A DNA stretch of 64,000 nucleotides. Source: the human T2T-CHM13v2.0 reference genome, Homo sapiens. The notes beneath the pieces are model-generated. The model made no database searches. It worked only from the letters and a program-made list of their open reading frames with translations, and was not told where the DNA came from. The DNA is taken from assembly GCF_009914755.1 (NCBI RefSeq), contig NC_060947.1. One strand, written 5' to 3'. The position numbers and the translations under genes are program-made. Positions within the stretch are counted from its first letter, which is position 1. Each line of letters opens with the position of its first letter. Shown piece after piece: positions 61,501-64,000 of the stretch.

Positions 61501-64000
61501 AAGGCATGTTCAGCTCTGTGAGTGAAACTCCATCATCACAAAGAATATTCTGAGAATGCTTCCGTTTGCCTTTTATATGAAGTTCCTTCCTATACGACCG
61601 TAGGCCTCAAAGCAGTCCAAATCTCCATTTGCAGATTCTACAAAAAGAGTGATTCCAATCTGCTCTATCAATAGGATTGTTCAACTCCATGAGTTGAATG
61701 CCATCCTCACAAAGTAGTTTCTGAGAATGCTTCTATCTAGTTTTTATGTGAAGATATTTCCTTTTCCACCACAGGCCTCAAAGCCCTCCAAACGTCCACT
61801 TGCAGATTCTCGAAAAAGAGTGTTTCATAGCTGCTCTTTCAAAAGGAAAGTTCAACTCTGGGAGTTGAATACAAACATCACAAAGTAGTTTCCGAGAATG
61901 CTTCTGTTTAGTTTTTATGTGAAGATGATCCCGTTTCCAGTGAAATCTTCAAAGAGGTCCACATATCCCCTTGCATATTGCAAAGAAAGAGGGTTTCAAA
62001 ACTGCTCCATCAGAAGGATTGTTCAACTCTGTGAGTTGAATGCAGTCATCGCAGAAAACTTTCTGAGAATGCTTCTGTCTAGGTTTGATGTGAAGATATA
62101 GACGTTTCAAACGAAGGCTACAAAGTGGTCAAAATATACACTTGCAGATTCTACTACAAGGGTGTTGCAAACCTGAACTATCAAAGGAAGGTTCAACTCT
62201 GTGAGTTGAATACAAACATCACAAAGAATGTTCTGAGTTTGCTTCCGTTCAGTTATGGGAAGTTGATCCCGTTTCCAACGAAATCCTCAGAGAGGTCCAA
62301 ATATCCCCTTGCAGATTCTACAAAACGTGTGTTTGGAAACTGCTCCATCATAACGAATGTTCAGCTCCCTGAGTTAAACTCCATCGTCACAAAGAATTTT
62401 CTGAAAGTGCTACCGTCTGGTTTTTATATGAAGTTCTTTCCTTCACTACCACAGGCCTCAAAGCGGTCCAAATCTCCACTTGCAGATTCTACAAAAAGAG
62501 TGTTTGCAAACTGCTCTATCAAAAGGAATGTTCAACTCTGGGAGTTGAATGCAATCATCACAGAGCAGTTTCTGAGAATGCTTCTATGTCGTTTTTAGGA
62601 GAAGATATTTCCTTTTCCAACACAGTCCTCCAAGCCCGCTAAAGATCCACTTGCACATTGTAGAAAAAGTGTGTCAAAGCTGCGCTATCAAAGGGAAAGT
62701 TCAACTCTGTGAGGTGAATGCAAACATCCCAAAGAAGTTTCTGAGAATGCTTCCGTTTAGCTTTTAGGTGAAGATTATCCCGTTTCCAACGAAACCTTCA
62801 AAGAGGTCCAAATATCCCCTTGTGGATCCCACAGAAAGAGTGTTTCGAAACTGCTGTTTCAAAAGGAATCTTCAACTCTGTGAGTTGAATGCAATCATCA
62901 CAAAGAAGTTTCTGACAATGCTTCTCTCTCGTCTTTCTGTGAAGATAAAGGAAAAGGCTTTCAGGCCTTTTCCACCACAGGCCTGAAAGCGCTCCAAATG
63001 TCCACTTGCAGATTCTGCCAAAAGAATATTTCAAAACTGCTCTATGAAAAGCAATGTTAAACTCTGTGGCTCGAACACAAACATCACAAAGCGGTTTCTG
63101 AGAATGCTTCAGTTTAGTTTTTCTGTGGAAATATTCCCGTTTCCAAAGAAATCTTCAAAGAGGTCCACGTATCCACTTACAGATTCTACAAAAAGACAAT
63201 TTCAAAACTGCTCCATCAAAAGGAGGGTTCAACTGTGTGACTTGAATGCAATCATCACTCAGAAGTTTCTGAGAATGCTTCTCTTTAGTTTTTACGTGAA
63301 CATATACCCGTTTCGAACGAAGGCCAGCCAGTGGTCCAAATATCCACTTGCAGATTCTACAGAAAGAGTGTTTCGAACCTGAACTCTCAAAGGCAGGTTC
63401 ATCTCTGCGAGTTAAATGCATTCATCATGAAGAACTTTCTCAGAGTGTTTGTGTTTAGTTATGGGAAATTATTCCCGTTTCCAACGAAATCCTCAGAGAG
63501 CTCCAAATATCCACCTGCAGATTCTACCAAAAGTGTATTTGGAAACTGCTCCATCAAAAGGCATGTTCAGCTCTGTGAGTGAAACTCCATCATCACAAAG
63601 AATATTCTGAGAATGCTTCCGTTTGCCTTTTATATGAAGTTCCTTCCTATACGACCGTAGGCCTCAAAGCAGTCCAAATCTCCATTTGCAGATTCTACAA
63701 AAAGAGTGATTCCAATCTGCTCTATCAATAGGATTGTTCAACTCCATGAGTTGAATGCCATCCTCACAAAGTAGTTTCTGAGAATGCTTCTATCTAGTTT
63801 TTATGTGAAGATATTTCGTTTTCCACCACAGGCCTCAAAGCCCTCCAAACGTCCACTTGCAGATTCTCGAAAAAGAGTGTTTCATAGCTGCTCTTTCAAA
63901 AGGAAAGTTCAACTCTGGGAGTTGAATACAAACATCACAAAGTAGTTTCCGAGAATGCTTCTGTTTAGTTTTTATGTGAAGATGATCCCGTTTCCAGTGA

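Larger units (their letters stand above)
1..64000 (-). repeat. DXZ1: Alpha-satellite higher-order repeat array, 12-monomer 2057-bp HOR, ~31.1 copies; matches human X centromere DXZ1
   Basis: ORF track recurs at an exact 2057-bp period (188, 2245, 4302 ... 61898). ~171-bp monomers carry alphoid hallmarks (TTTCTGAGAATGCTTCT, CCACTTGCAGATTCTACAAAAAG, GTTCAACTCTGTGAGTTGAATGCA). One BamHI site per unit. A 2.0-kb BamHI 12-mer is the established DXZ1 unit. Strand is given relative to CENP-B box orientation. Confidence 0.96.

Noticed and set aside
188-63582. Recurring 67-157 aa ORFs on both strands
   Set aside because: They are translations of alpha-satellite monomers (repeating PLADSTKRVF..CSIKR..QLCELN every ~57 codons), overlap in several frames, often start at GTG, resemble no protein family I recognise, and are created or destroyed by single SNVs without sign of constraint.
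1-64000. CRISPR-like repeat/spacer array or tandem prokaryotic operon
   Set aside because: There are no unique spacers; the sequence is homologous end to end at 171-bp and 2057-bp periods, with no cas or other genes.
1-64000. Transposon insertion, inversion or truncated HOR structural variant
   Set aside because: The 2057-bp register and orientation are unbroken from first to last unit; no poly-A tail, target-site duplication or non-alphoid sequence was seen.
1-64000. Calling this window the active kinetochore (CENP-A / hypomethylated) domain
   Set aside because: That is defined epigenetically and cannot be read from sequence; high HOR homogeneity only indicates the live array.
1-64000. A previously undescribed gene-encoded biological system
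   Set aside because: Everything visible is explained by a known centromeric satellite and its duplication and mutation history.

Overview
The whole 64 kb window is primate alpha-satellite DNA: about 31.1 head-to-tail copies of an exactly 2057-bp higher-order repeat (HOR) made of 12 monomers of ~171 bp. The 12-mer/2057-bp unit, single BamHI site per unit and pentamer-based monomer layout match the human X-centromere array DXZ1 (suprachromosomal family 3). I number HOR units from base 1 (unit n starts at 1+2057*(n-1)). Each HOR has 4 intact CENP-B boxes (minus strand), 3 degenerate ones and 5 A-type monomers. I saw no genes, transposon insertions, inversions or indels; the ORFs in the track are chance translations of satellite. 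I found no new gene-encoded system. The notable features are (i) a near-perfect 7-HOR (14,399-bp) tandem duplication with a chimeric junction HOR, (ii) a 2-HOR duplication at the left end, (iii) clustered, transversion-heavy substitutions, (iv) a self-templated insertion in one monomer that creates two mutually exclusive hairpins once per HOR, and (v) two single-copy CENP-B box losses. All SNV lists were compiled by eye and may be incomplete.
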